Shown: one piece after another, positions 30,420-38,173 of the stretch
How positions within the stretch are numbered: the first letter of the stretch is position 1
Layout of the letters: each line of letters opens with the position of its first letter
From: an uncultured Pseudomonadota bacterium
GTDB taxonomy: Bacteria; Pseudomonadota; Alphaproteobacteria; RF32; CAG-239
Assembly: GCA_902763535.1 (NCBI GenBank)
Contig: CACWSG010000001.1
Coordinates: 128,261-192,260, forward strand
Reading direction: 5' to 3'
Length of the DNA stretch: 64,000 bases
The notes under the pieces: model-generated
What the model was told of the DNA's origin: nothing
Database searches by the model: none
Seen by the model: only the letters and a program-made list of their open reading frames with translations
Translations under genes and position numbers: made by a program

Positions 30420-31124
30420 TTACTCTTCTTTTTTCGCCATTGCCTCCGATTTTTTGTAAGAAATCAGACGCGGCAAATTCCTAGCAAAATCGCCGACTGT
30501 TTTCGAAACCCATTTTTCGTTACCGAAGGTTTCTTCAACATCATCAGCAACAACGGGAGAAAGTTTTAACCCTTCGTTGCACCAGTTGATATCTGCCAGT
30601 TGCAGAACCGGAACAACATCAGCCGAGGTAATGTAGTCCTCAAGCAAATCCCACATGAAAACTTTCTCTGCGGGAATTTTTTTGTACTTGGCGATAGCAT
30701 TCTTAATCGCTTGCCGACACATGGCCTCACCGATAAATTTCTTTTCGAAATTATTTTTTTGATTATAATCGACAGGCAGAGCGAGCGGCGCAAATTCGGG
30801 TTCCTTATTTTCGGCATTTTGGGGAACCTCGTCTGTAGCCACATAGGTTATCAGATCGAAAATCATTCGCTCAAATGAGCAAAGCGTCCATAAACGATAA
30901 TCCCCGATCAAGAAATCACCAACCTCGGATCTGTCGACTTCTCGGGGCAGATCAAACTGTTTTGCGACATCAAGGGCAATGTCCATGATTTTCATGTCGT
31001 CTATACCTAATTCTGTCAGCGGTGTCCAAACCGCATCAGGATCACGCTTTAACAAGCAAAGACGAGCAAGAGAAATGTGCAAGGCTTTGCGCAAATTCTC
31101 ATACGTTGGTTTCAATTTTTCCAT
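30420..31124 (-). CDS. Hypothetical protein with two degenerate ACP-like modules lacking the Ser attachment site
   Basis: 234 aa. The N-terminal module 'LTELGIDDMKIMDIALDVAKQFDLPRE' has D-D-M in place of D-S-L. The C-terminal module ends 'KTVGDFARNL'. Its stop is 19 nt upstream of the cassette-2 start, so co-transcription is likely. Confidence 0.5.
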   Translation of the reverse strand: MEKLKPTYENLRKALHISLARLCLLKRDPDAVWTPLTELGIDDMKIMDIALDVAKQFDLPREVDRSEVGDFLIGDYRLWTLCSFERMIFDLITYVATDEVPQNAENKEPEFAPLALPVDYNQKNNFEKKFIGEAMCRQAIKNAIAKYKKIPAEKVFMWDLLEDYITSADVVPVLQLADINWCNEGLKLSPVVADDVEETFGNEKWVSKTVGDFARNLPRLISYKKSEAMAKKEE

Positions 31125-31167
31125 AATGATAATATTAATTGGTTAACATAAAAATTGATTTTGTTTC

Positions 31168-31196
31168 ATCTAAACTGCTTTTTGCAATTCTGTCAA
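31168..31196 (-). promoter_or_regulatory. Sigma-70-type promoter of 30420..31124
   Basis: In minus-strand sense: TTGACA, 17 nt, TTAGAT. The surrounding roughly 75 nt is near-identical to the cassette-1 upstream region. Confidence 0.5.
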
Positions 31197-31197
31197 G

Positions 31198-31231
31198 AAA
31201 AAACCGCTTCAAGACTATATGCTTAAAGCGG
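31198..31231 (-). terminator. Rho-independent terminator of 31265..31636
   Basis: In minus-strand sense: CCGCTTTAAG-loop-CTTGAAGCGG followed by T6. Confidence 0.6.
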
Positions 31232-31264
31232 ATTAAAAACACAACTAATTAAATATTTGCTTAG

Positions 31265-31636
31265 TTATTTTACTTTAAATGATTTTACATCAATTTTGGT
31301 CTGTTCCATAAATTCTTTATCAACCTCACCGGTTATTTCAAGAGTGTCTTCAGGTGTTACGGTAACTCCATGCCAATCGTCATCATCTATTTCAATCATA
31401 ACCTGACCTGTTGCATCAGCAAACATATATTTTTCATCACCAAGACTGTTAATAATCTTTCCGTTCAATACGATAACTGTATCATCACGCACATCCAGAG
31501 CCTGTTTTACAGTCATCGGAGCAATTGACGGAGCCTTAGGACCAACAAAACCGCCGTTTGATTGGGCATTAGCCGAAAAAACAACACTAACTAATGCAAT
31601 CAAGCTAAAAAATAAATTTTTCATACGCATCTCCAT
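31265..31636 (-). CDS. Periplasmic bacterial OB-fold (BOF) stress-tolerance protein, YgiW/YdeI family
   Basis: Signal peptide 'FSANAQ'. 'TVKQALDVRDDTVIVLNGKIINSLGDEKYMFADATGQVMIEIDDD' is typical of YgiW-family proteins. Confidence 0.8.
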   Translation of the reverse strand: MEMRMKNLFFSLIALVSVVFSANAQSNGGFVGPKAPSIAPMTVKQALDVRDDTVIVLNGKIINSLGDEKYMFADATGQVMIEIDDDDWHGVTVTPEDTLEITGEVDKEFMEQTKIDVKSFKVK

Positions 31637-31725
31637 AATTAAATTGAAAACACAAAAAATTTAAATGATATAATTTTTATTGTCTAATCAAAATGATAGC
31701 ACTGTGTATAAATTTATATAATTAT

Positions 31726-32523
31726 CTAAACTTCTTCCATAAATTTTTGCAGCAACAAAGTCAGTTTGAAGTTGGTTTTTGCCACATTATCAAGCACCTC
31801 TTGATGATTTATATATTCTTCGGTTAATCCGGCACCCAAATTGGCGATAACCGAAAAACCCAAAACTTCCAAACCGAAATTGATTGCGGTAATCACCTCC
31901 GGCACGGTTGACATTCCGACCGCATCAGCTCCCAAAGTACGAAACATTTTAACCTCGGCCGGAGTTTCAAAATTCGGCCCCAAGGCCATGGCATATACGC
32001 CTTCAAAAAGTTCAATATTCTCTCTTTTGGCAATCTCGCGCACCTTTTGGCACAACTCGTGATTATAAACCGCACTCATATCCGGAAAACTCGGCGTTTT
32101 GCTAAATCCCACCAACGGATTTCTGCCGCTGAAATTGATATGATCGGTAATCATCATCAAACTTCCCGCCGGCATATCCACACGCAAAGACCCCGCTGCA
32201 TTGGTGGCAATAAAGCGCTTTACCCCCAGTTCTTTTAAATCTCTAGTTGACATGGCGATATATCTGGGATCCAATCCCTCATAAAGATGGGTGCGTCCGG
32301 CCAAACATATAACATTATGCTTGCCGATAACTCCGGCATAAAGCCCGCCCTTGTGCCCGGGAACATGAGTTGTCGGACAGCCCGGAATATCCTCATAAGG
32401 AATAACAATCTGATCTTGCAAAGCATTGGTAAAATTCCCCAAACCGGAGCCCAAAACAACTGCCGTATCCGGCACAAAGCCATTTAATCTTTCTCTTAAA
32501 AATTCAAAATTCCCCTCATCCAT
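31726..32523 (-). CDS. Purine nucleoside phosphorylase (trimeric PNP/MTAP family)
   Basis: 'VLGSGLGNF', 'GHKGGLYAG...LAGRTHLYEG', 'ATNAAGSL' and 'GMSTVPEV' motifs. Confidence 0.9.
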   Translation of the reverse strand: MDEGNFEFLRERLNGFVPDTAVVLGSGLGNFTNALQDQIVIPYEDIPGCPTTHVPGHKGGLYAGVIGKHNVICLAGRTHLYEGLDPRYIAMSTRDLKELGVKRFIATNAAGSLRVDMPAGSLMMITDHINFSGRNPLVGFSKTPSFPDMSAVYNHELCQKVREIAKRENIELFEGVYAMALGPNFETPAEVKMFRTLGADAVGMSTVPEVITAINFGLEVLGFSVIANLGAGLTEEYINHQEVLDNVAKTNFKLTLLLQKFMEEV

Positions 32524-32740
32524 TTTGTTTCTTTCCTATATTATGGTTAATATTAAATTCAAATCCAGTTAATCTTGTCTGCCGTACTTTGTCAAGTTAT
32601 AAAACTTAAATATAAAATTCCTCTTGATTTATTTAAATTTTGGTGTTACATGATAACCAATAACGAAATCAAACCGTTCTGTGCCGGAGTTATCCGCGCA
32701 GTTATTTTTTTACACTTTTTAATATTTGAGGTGAACAAAA

Positions 32741-33214
32741 ATGGAAAAGATACCTTTGACCAAAGTCGGTTATATTGCCTTGGAAGCTGAACTGAAAAAC
32801 TTAAAAGGCGTTGAACGTCCCAATATTATTGCCGCTATTTCAGAGGCTCGTGCCCAAGGCGACTTGTCTGAAAATGCCGAATATTCTGCCGCCAAAGAAA
32901 AACAAAGCTTTATCGAAGGCCGTATTCAGGATTTGGAAGCAGTATTGAGCCGCGCCCAAGTTATTGATACCTCTTTGGTTAACAGTAAAGTCATTCGTTT
33001 CGGCGCTACGGTTTTGGTTGCCGATGAAGATGACGATTCCGAACGCACTTATCAAATCGTCGGTGATTATGAAGCTGATATTGAAAAAAATAAAATATCC
33101 CTGTCCTCACCCTTGGCCAAAGCCTTAATCGGCAAAGAAGAAGGCGATGTTGCTGAGTTCAAAGCTCCTTCCGGACTAAAATCTTTTGATATTTTGGAAG
33201 TAAAATATATTTAA
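32741..33214 (+). CDS. greA: Transcription elongation factor GreA
   Basis: 157 aa. The coiled-coil N-terminus contains 'AREQGDLSENAEY'-type 'ARAQGDLSENAEYSAAKE', and the C-terminal FKBP-like domain contains 'SPLAKALIGK'. Confidence 0.95.
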   Translation: MEKIPLTKVGYIALEAELKNLKGVERPNIIAAISEARAQGDLSENAEYSAAKEKQSFIEGRIQDLEAVLSRAQVIDTSLVNSKVIRFGATVLVADEDDDSERTYQIVGDYEADIEKNKISLSSPLAKALIGKEEGDVAEFKAPSGLKSFDILEVKYI

Positions 33215-33295
33215 TTTTGCGTTTTCTCGCTTATATAAAAAAGTGCCGCTCAAATAAAGACGGCGCTTTTTTCATTGTATGGAGGAGAAAATCAA

Positions 33296-33502
33296 ATGAA
33301 AGCAACTCACAATCAAATTCCTGATGCCAATTTTTGTGACTGTGACGAAGACAACAACTGCGGTTGTTCTTTTCCCAACAACACCGGTAAATCTTCCTGT
33401 CAATATGCCAATCGTTATGCTGATTCGTGCCGCAAAGACGAGCCGCACTATGACCTATGCTCTTGTGATGATGCCGGCGACTGCGATTGCACCAATAATT
33501 AG
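33296..33502 (+). CDS. Small acidic Cys-rich protein (10 Cys in 68 aa; two CxC-x5-CxC motifs)
   Basis: SD 'ggagga' lies 9 nt before the ATG at 33296. The motifs are 'CDCDEDNNCGC' and 'CSCDDAGDCDC'. The stop is 11 nt before the trxB ATG. Confidence 0.55.
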   Translation: MKATHNQIPDANFCDCDEDNNCGCSFPNNTGKSSCQYANRYADSCRKDEPHYDLCSCDDAGDCDCTNN

Positions 33503-33513
33503 GCTGTAATTTC

Positions 33514-34449
33514 ATGGCTGAATATCGCAACAAAGTTCTTATTATCGGCTCCGGTCCGGCCGGATACACTGCCGGCATCTATGCCGCTCGCGCCGGACTG
33601 AAGCCGATGTTAATCTCCGGTGCTGAGGTCGGCGGACAACTGACCTTGAGTGCCGAAATCGAGAATTATTCCGGCTTTTTTCCTTCCACTTCCAGTGCCG
33701 AACTGATGGAAACCATGTCTAAACAGGCCGCAAAATTCGGTGTTGAAATGCTAAATGACACAATTGTTGAAGTTGATTTTCATCATCATCCTTTTGAATG
33801 TGTGTCAGTCAATCATAATGTTTTTTACGCCGATGCAGTCATAATTGCCACCGGATCATCAGCCAAATGGCTCAACACTCCGGATGAGAAAAAGTTTCGC
33901 GGTCATGGCTTATCGGTTTGTGCTACTTGCGACGGATTTTTTTATCGCAACAAAGATATTGCTGTTATCGGCGGCGGCAACTCGGCAGTCGAGGAAGCCA
34001 TATACCTGACCAATTTTGCCCGCTCGGTCACCATTATTCATCGCCGCGACAAATTGCGTGCCGATAAAGTGTTAGCTGACAAATTACTGGGTAATTCAAA
34101 AATAAATTTCAAATACAACTGTGTGGTAGAAGAAATTTTAGGCGAAGAAAATCCTCTCTCCTTAACCGGATTAAAACTCAAAAACATTCGTACCGACAAA
34201 AACGAAATTTTAGGTGTTGACGGAGCTTTTGTCGCCATCGGTCACACGCCTAATACCGATATATTCCGCCACCAACTTGAATTGGATAATAAAGGCTATA
34301 TCAAAACATCTCCTGACAGTTGTGCCACTTCCGTCAAAGGGGTTTTTGCTGCCGGTGATGTCAAAGATCCGTTATTTCGCCAAGCCATAATCGCCGCCGG
34401 CTCAGGTGCGCAAGCCGCCATCGAAGCCGGAAGATTCTTGAATAAATAA
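33514..34449 (+). CDS. trxB: Thioredoxin-disulfide reductase
   Basis: 'IIGSGPAGYTAGIYAAR' FAD motif, redox-active 'CATCDG', 'VIGGGNSAVEEA' NADPH motif, and 'GVFAAGDV'. Confidence 0.95.
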   Translation: MAEYRNKVLIIGSGPAGYTAGIYAARAGLKPMLISGAEVGGQLTLSAEIENYSGFFPSTSSAELMETMSKQAAKFGVEMLNDTIVEVDFHHHPFECVSVNHNVFYADAVIIATGSSAKWLNTPDEKKFRGHGLSVCATCDGFFYRNKDIAVIGGGNSAVEEAIYLTNFARSVTIIHRRDKLRADKVLADKLLGNSKINFKYNCVVEEILGEENPLSLTGLKLKNIRTDKNEILGVDGAFVAIGHTPNTDIFRHQLELDNKGYIKTSPDSCATSVKGVFAAGDVKDPLFRQAIIAAGSGAQAAIEAGRFLNK

Positions 34450-34489
34450 AAAAAGCTCCGCAAACCGGAGCTTTTTTTCCTTTTTTCTT

Positions 34490-35500
34490 TTAGCAAGCTT
34501 TCACAAAACTATGTGCACATAAATCGGCGAACTGCGGTCTGTCTAACCCCATTTCCTTAATTAATTCGGCAGGAGTTTTATTAACATTGAGGCACGATGT
34601 AGTAATCACACCGTTTTTAATGCACTTCAATGTTGCACTCGGCAATGCCGAACGTCCGATGCAAGATGACAAATAAACAAAACATTCATCATTATCTTTT
34701 AAGTTTTCTTTGGCCAATTTGCGAGCATACATATTCAAAGTAACATCAGCTTTAGATCCGTCTTTGGTCCAAGGTGAACCACCGCCGATCGGGCAAGCCG
34801 TCGAATAAAAATCAACTGCCAACTTTCTGCCGGTGATACCGCAATCGGCAATTGATGAGTGGTAGGTATATCTGCCCGTACCGTTAACAATGATATTTTT
34901 GGGTTTTTGCCCTAAAGTTTTGATTATAAAATCGGTCAAATCAACATCTTCCAACATTGGAACTGCCGCAATGGCTGTTTCAATATCGTCATTATCATCA
35001 AGTGTTATCTGAGTTTTTATATCCAAACCGAAACGTTTGTCAGACTTTGCCAAATTATAAAGAGCATCATTAAGTTTGCGAGCCAAGAACAATTCATGAT
35101 TGATAGCTCCCTCACCTTTACAGGCATAGCCGACAAACACACCTTGATCACCCCAGCCGTTTTGTTCAACTCCTTGGTTTATATCAGCCGATTGTTGCCC
35201 AATCAGATTAGTAACTTTTACCTTATCGGGCTCAATTGCATAACTTCCCCAAACTTTGGCATATTCTTGGCTGTATCCCACCTCGGCCAAAGCTTTCAGC
35301 ACATAGTCACGCAAATGTGACAAATCAACATTACCCTTGATTTCTCCACCCAAGATAACATCATTATCTTTGAGCATAACCTCAACGGCATACTTAACCC
35401 TTGGATCTTGTTCAATCATTCGATCCAAAATATAGCTTGAAATATAATCGGCAGTTTTATCAGGGTGTCCGAGCGACACAAATTCAGCAGTTTTCTGCAT
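34490..35500 (-). CDS. metK: S-adenosylmethionine synthetase-like protein, short divergent form (336 aa)
   Basis: 'SLGHPDKTADYIS..ILD..IEQDP', 'GDQGVFVGYA', 'DCGITGRKLAVDFY' and 'GGGSPWTKDGSKADV' are in MetK order. It is about 50 aa shorter than canonical bacterial MetK (about 384 aa in E. coli). Confidence 0.78.
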   Translation of the reverse strand: MQKTAEFVSLGHPDKTADYISSYILDRMIEQDPRVKYAVEVMLKDNDVILGGEIKGNVDLSHLRDYVLKALAEVGYSQEYAKVWGSYAIEPDKVKVTNLIGQQSADINQGVEQNGWGDQGVFVGYACKGEGAINHELFLARKLNDALYNLAKSDKRFGLDIKTQITLDDNDDIETAIAAVPMLEDVDLTDFIIKTLGQKPKNIIVNGTGRYTYHSSIADCGITGRKLAVDFYSTACPIGGGSPWTKDGSKADVTLNMYARKLAKENLKDNDECFVYLSSCIGRSALPSATLKCIKNGVITTSCLNVNKTPAELIKEMGLDRPQFADLCAHSFVKAC

Positions 35501-35620
35501 AGCAACATATCTCCTTATTTAGTCCTCTGTTGCGGGACAAGTCAGGTTAAATCCACATCGCACACCGCCTCATTGCTGTGTGCAAAAACACATATAGATT
35601 CAAATCGGGCAACAAGTCAA
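35501..35620 (-). promoter_or_regulatory. metK-like promoter (TTGACT-17-CTATAT) and about 85-nt leader with pseudoknot potential over the start region
   Basis: In minus-strand sense, the hairpin GUCC-CGCAACAGA-GGAC has a loop 'GCAACA' complementary to 'UGUUGC', which lies between the SD 'AAGGAG' and the AUG. An upstream hairpin is GCACAC..GUGUGC. Confidence 0.35.
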
Positions 35621-35708
35621 GCTTTTTTTTCAAAAAAAACTTGTCTTAACCGATTTTTTTTCATAACCTCGCGTTTATACATAAAAAAATAATACAGGGA
35701 AAATTGTC

Positions 35709-36794
35709 ATGCTGGAAATATACGGCATCTTATTACTTGGCTTGGTTGTTTATCTGAACACTCCGAAATTCGGACATCTTCCGGATAAAATAAGTCGATT
35801 CAAAATCAATCGATCCTCTCACCAAAAACATGGGCATTTTGCCAATTTGCACAACACTCCCAAAATGACCGGCAAAGGCGGCTTTTGGCGCGTCATGTTT
35901 GATTTTTATTTCGGTTCACATCCCCACACCAAGCCATCACAAAATATTCCGGCTCATAAAATAAATTGGTCGGAATGGAATCGTCGTGACAATATTGCCG
36001 TTTGGTTCGGACATTCTTCTTATCTTATTCGCCTGCATCAAAAAAATTATTTGATTGATCCGGTATTCTCAGCAAATGCCTCCCCTTTGCCGCACAATGT
36101 GGTTCCTTTCCTTGGCACCAATCTGTATCATACTGAAGACCTGCCCGATATTGATTATCTCATCATAACCCACGACCACTGGGATCATCTTGATTATCCG
36201 ACTGTCAAAAAACTGCAACCGAAAGTAAAAAAGGTTATTACCGGACTTGGAGTAGGCTCGCATTTTCGCCACTGGGGTTATAATCACGATAAAATAATTG
36301 AAATGGATTGGAATGAAAGCATAAATATTAACAATATTCAAATCAACTGCCTGCCGGCTCGCCACTTTTCCGGACGCAGTATTTTTGCCAATCGCACCTT
36401 ATGGGCATCATTTTTGATTATCAGTAAAGACTATAAATTTTATATCGGCGGCGATTCCGGCTATGATAATCACTACAAAATAATCAATCAAAAATTTGGT
36501 CCGTTGGATATTGCTTTTCTTGAAGCCGGACAATATGACCGCAACTGGCGTTATATCCATTCAATGCCTGAAGAGACCATTCAAGCCGCCGTCGATTTAC
36601 AAACACACAACCTTTTTCCCGTACACAATTCCAAATTTTCTATTTGTAATCACCCATGGTATGAGCCTTTGCAAAAAATCTATGAACTCAGCCCTCAATC
36701 TGCTTTCAAATTGCTGACACCTCAAATTGGCGAAATTGTTGAATTACAAAACGACCGCCAAACTTTTTCGGCTTGGTGGAAAGGCATCAAATAA
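35709..36794 (+). CDS. MBL-fold metallo-hydrolase with N-terminal membrane anchor
   Basis: 'LIITHDHWDHLD' (H-x-H-x-D-H) motif and an N-terminal TM. Confidence 0.8.
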   Translation: MLEIYGILLLGLVVYLNTPKFGHLPDKISRFKINRSSHQKHGHFANLHNTPKMTGKGGFWRVMFDFYFGSHPHTKPSQNIPAHKINWSEWNRRDNIAVWFGHSSYLIRLHQKNYLIDPVFSANASPLPHNVVPFLGTNLYHTEDLPDIDYLIITHDHWDHLDYPTVKKLQPKVKKVITGLGVGSHFRHWGYNHDKIIEMDWNESININNIQINCLPARHFSGRSIFANRTLWASFLIISKDYKFYIGGDSGYDNHYKIINQKFGPLDIAFLEAGQYDRNWRYIHSMPEETIQAAVDLQTHNLFPVHNSKFSICNHPWYEPLQKIYELSPQSAFKLLTPQIGEIVELQNDRQTFSAWWKGIK

Positions 36795-36863
36795 ATTTAG
36801 TGCTTGCTTTTTAAGTAATGATGTGCCAACAATAAACAACAATTTAATTGATGGAGATTTGCT

Positions 36864-37385
36864 ATGTATGATGAAATAAAACAACACATCCGTGCAGTTA
36901 AAGACTTTCCCAAACCGGGAATTATCTTTCGTGATATAACTCCGGCTTTGGCTGATGCAACTTGCTTACAACACATTGTTGATATTTTTTATAATCGTTT
37001 TAAGGGTGAAAAAATTGATAAAGTTGCAGTTATTGAATCACGCGGGTTTTTATTGGGCGCCCCCTTGGCTTGTAAATTAGGATGCGGCATTGTGTTGCTT
37101 CGCAAACCGGGCAAACTCCCCTCCGAAAAAATCAAAGAATATTATGATTTGGAATATGGTTCTGCCGCCTTGGAAATCCATTCCGACAGTCTGAAAATCG
37201 GTGAACGCGTTCTGATTGTTGATGATTTGTTGGCAACCGGCGGAACTGCCGAAGCTGCGTGCAAATTAATCAAGCGCCTGAAAGGTGAAATTGTTGCCAC
37301 CAGTTTTCTGATTGAACTATCCGGATTGGGCGGAACAGCCAAATTATCTCCTTATGGTAATGTGGTATCTTTTTTAAAGTATTAA
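36864..37385 (+). CDS. apt: Adenine phosphoribosyltransferase
   Basis: 'DFPKPGIIFRDITP' and PRPP loop 'VLIVDDLLATGGTAEA'. Confidence 0.93.
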   Translation: MYDEIKQHIRAVKDFPKPGIIFRDITPALADATCLQHIVDIFYNRFKGEKIDKVAVIESRGFLLGAPLACKLGCGIVLLRKPGKLPSEKIKEYYDLEYGSAALEIHSDSLKIGERVLIVDDLLATGGTAEAACKLIKRLKGEIVATSFLIELSGLGGTAKLSPYGNVVSFLKY

Positions 37386-37392
37386 TTTAAGG

Positions 37393-38082
37393 GTGAGAAA
37401 TAACTCTATGATTGGACTTATTGTTGCAATGCGAAGCGAATTTGATATGGTGTTCAAAGCGCTCCGAAATCCTGAAGAACAACAAATTAAACATCTTACT
37501 TTTGCCACCGGTCAAATCAACAATCAACCGGTTGTATTGATGCAAAGCGGCATGGGTAAAGTTAACGCCGCTTTGGCTACTTGTGAAATGATTGAAAATT
37601 TTCACCCCGAATATATAATCAACACCGGACTGGCCGGAGGATTATCACCGGAATTGAGTGTGATGGATATTGTTTTGGGTGAAGATGTGGTCTATCATGA
37701 TGTCTGGTGCGGTGAAGAAAATGAATATGGTCAAGTTCAGGGATTGCCGCCCTTATTTCACGGCGATAAAAATTTAATCAATAAAGCAGCGGCAATTTCT
37801 TCCGATATTAAAATCATCAAAGGTTTGATTGCCAGCGGTGACCTATTTGTCAGCGATATCACCGAACTTAAAAAAATCAAAAATCACTTTCCGACCGGCT
37901 TGGCTGTGGATATGGAATCCGCTGCTATTGCCCAAACCTGTTATTTGTACAACACTCCGTTTTTATCAATTCGCATCATCAGCGACACTCCGGGCATTGA
38001 CAACCACTATCAGCAATATCTTGATTTTTGGAACAAAGCTCCGGAAAAATCTTGCGAAATCATCTGTCAACTTATTGCCTGA
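37393..38082 (+). CDS. mtnN: 5'-methylthioadenosine/S-adenosylhomocysteine nucleosidase
   Basis: 'IGLIVAMRSEF', 'SGMGKVNAA', 'GLAGG' and 'AVDMESAAIAQ' motifs. The start may be at 37408. Confidence 0.9.
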   Translation: MRNNSMIGLIVAMRSEFDMVFKALRNPEEQQIKHLTFATGQINNQPVVLMQSGMGKVNAALATCEMIENFHPEYIINTGLAGGLSPELSVMDIVLGEDVVYHDVWCGEENEYGQVQGLPPLFHGDKNLINKAAAISSDIKIIKGLIASGDLFVSDITELKKIKNHFPTGLAVDMESAAIAQTCYLYNTPFLSIRIISDTPGIDNHYQQYLDFWNKAPEKSCEIICQLIA

Positions 38083-38173
38083 AAATAACCGAATAATAAT
38101 AAAAAAAATTCTTTCAGTACCACTACGAAACTGAAAGAATTTTTTTATATGTCAGTTGTCAATCTGACAAGAT

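Noticed and set aside
29590-31264. Integron-like cassette array, with repeated units after each ACP-like gene. One unit contains GTTTAAC (fits RYYYAAC), whose reverse complement GTTAAAC fits GTTRRRY.
   Set aside because: The second unit's box (CGTTAAC) does not fit. No paired R''/R' cores flank an attC-like imperfect palindrome. The cassettes carry their own promoters and canonical terminators, and no intI gene or attI is in the window. Tandem duplication explains the pattern better.
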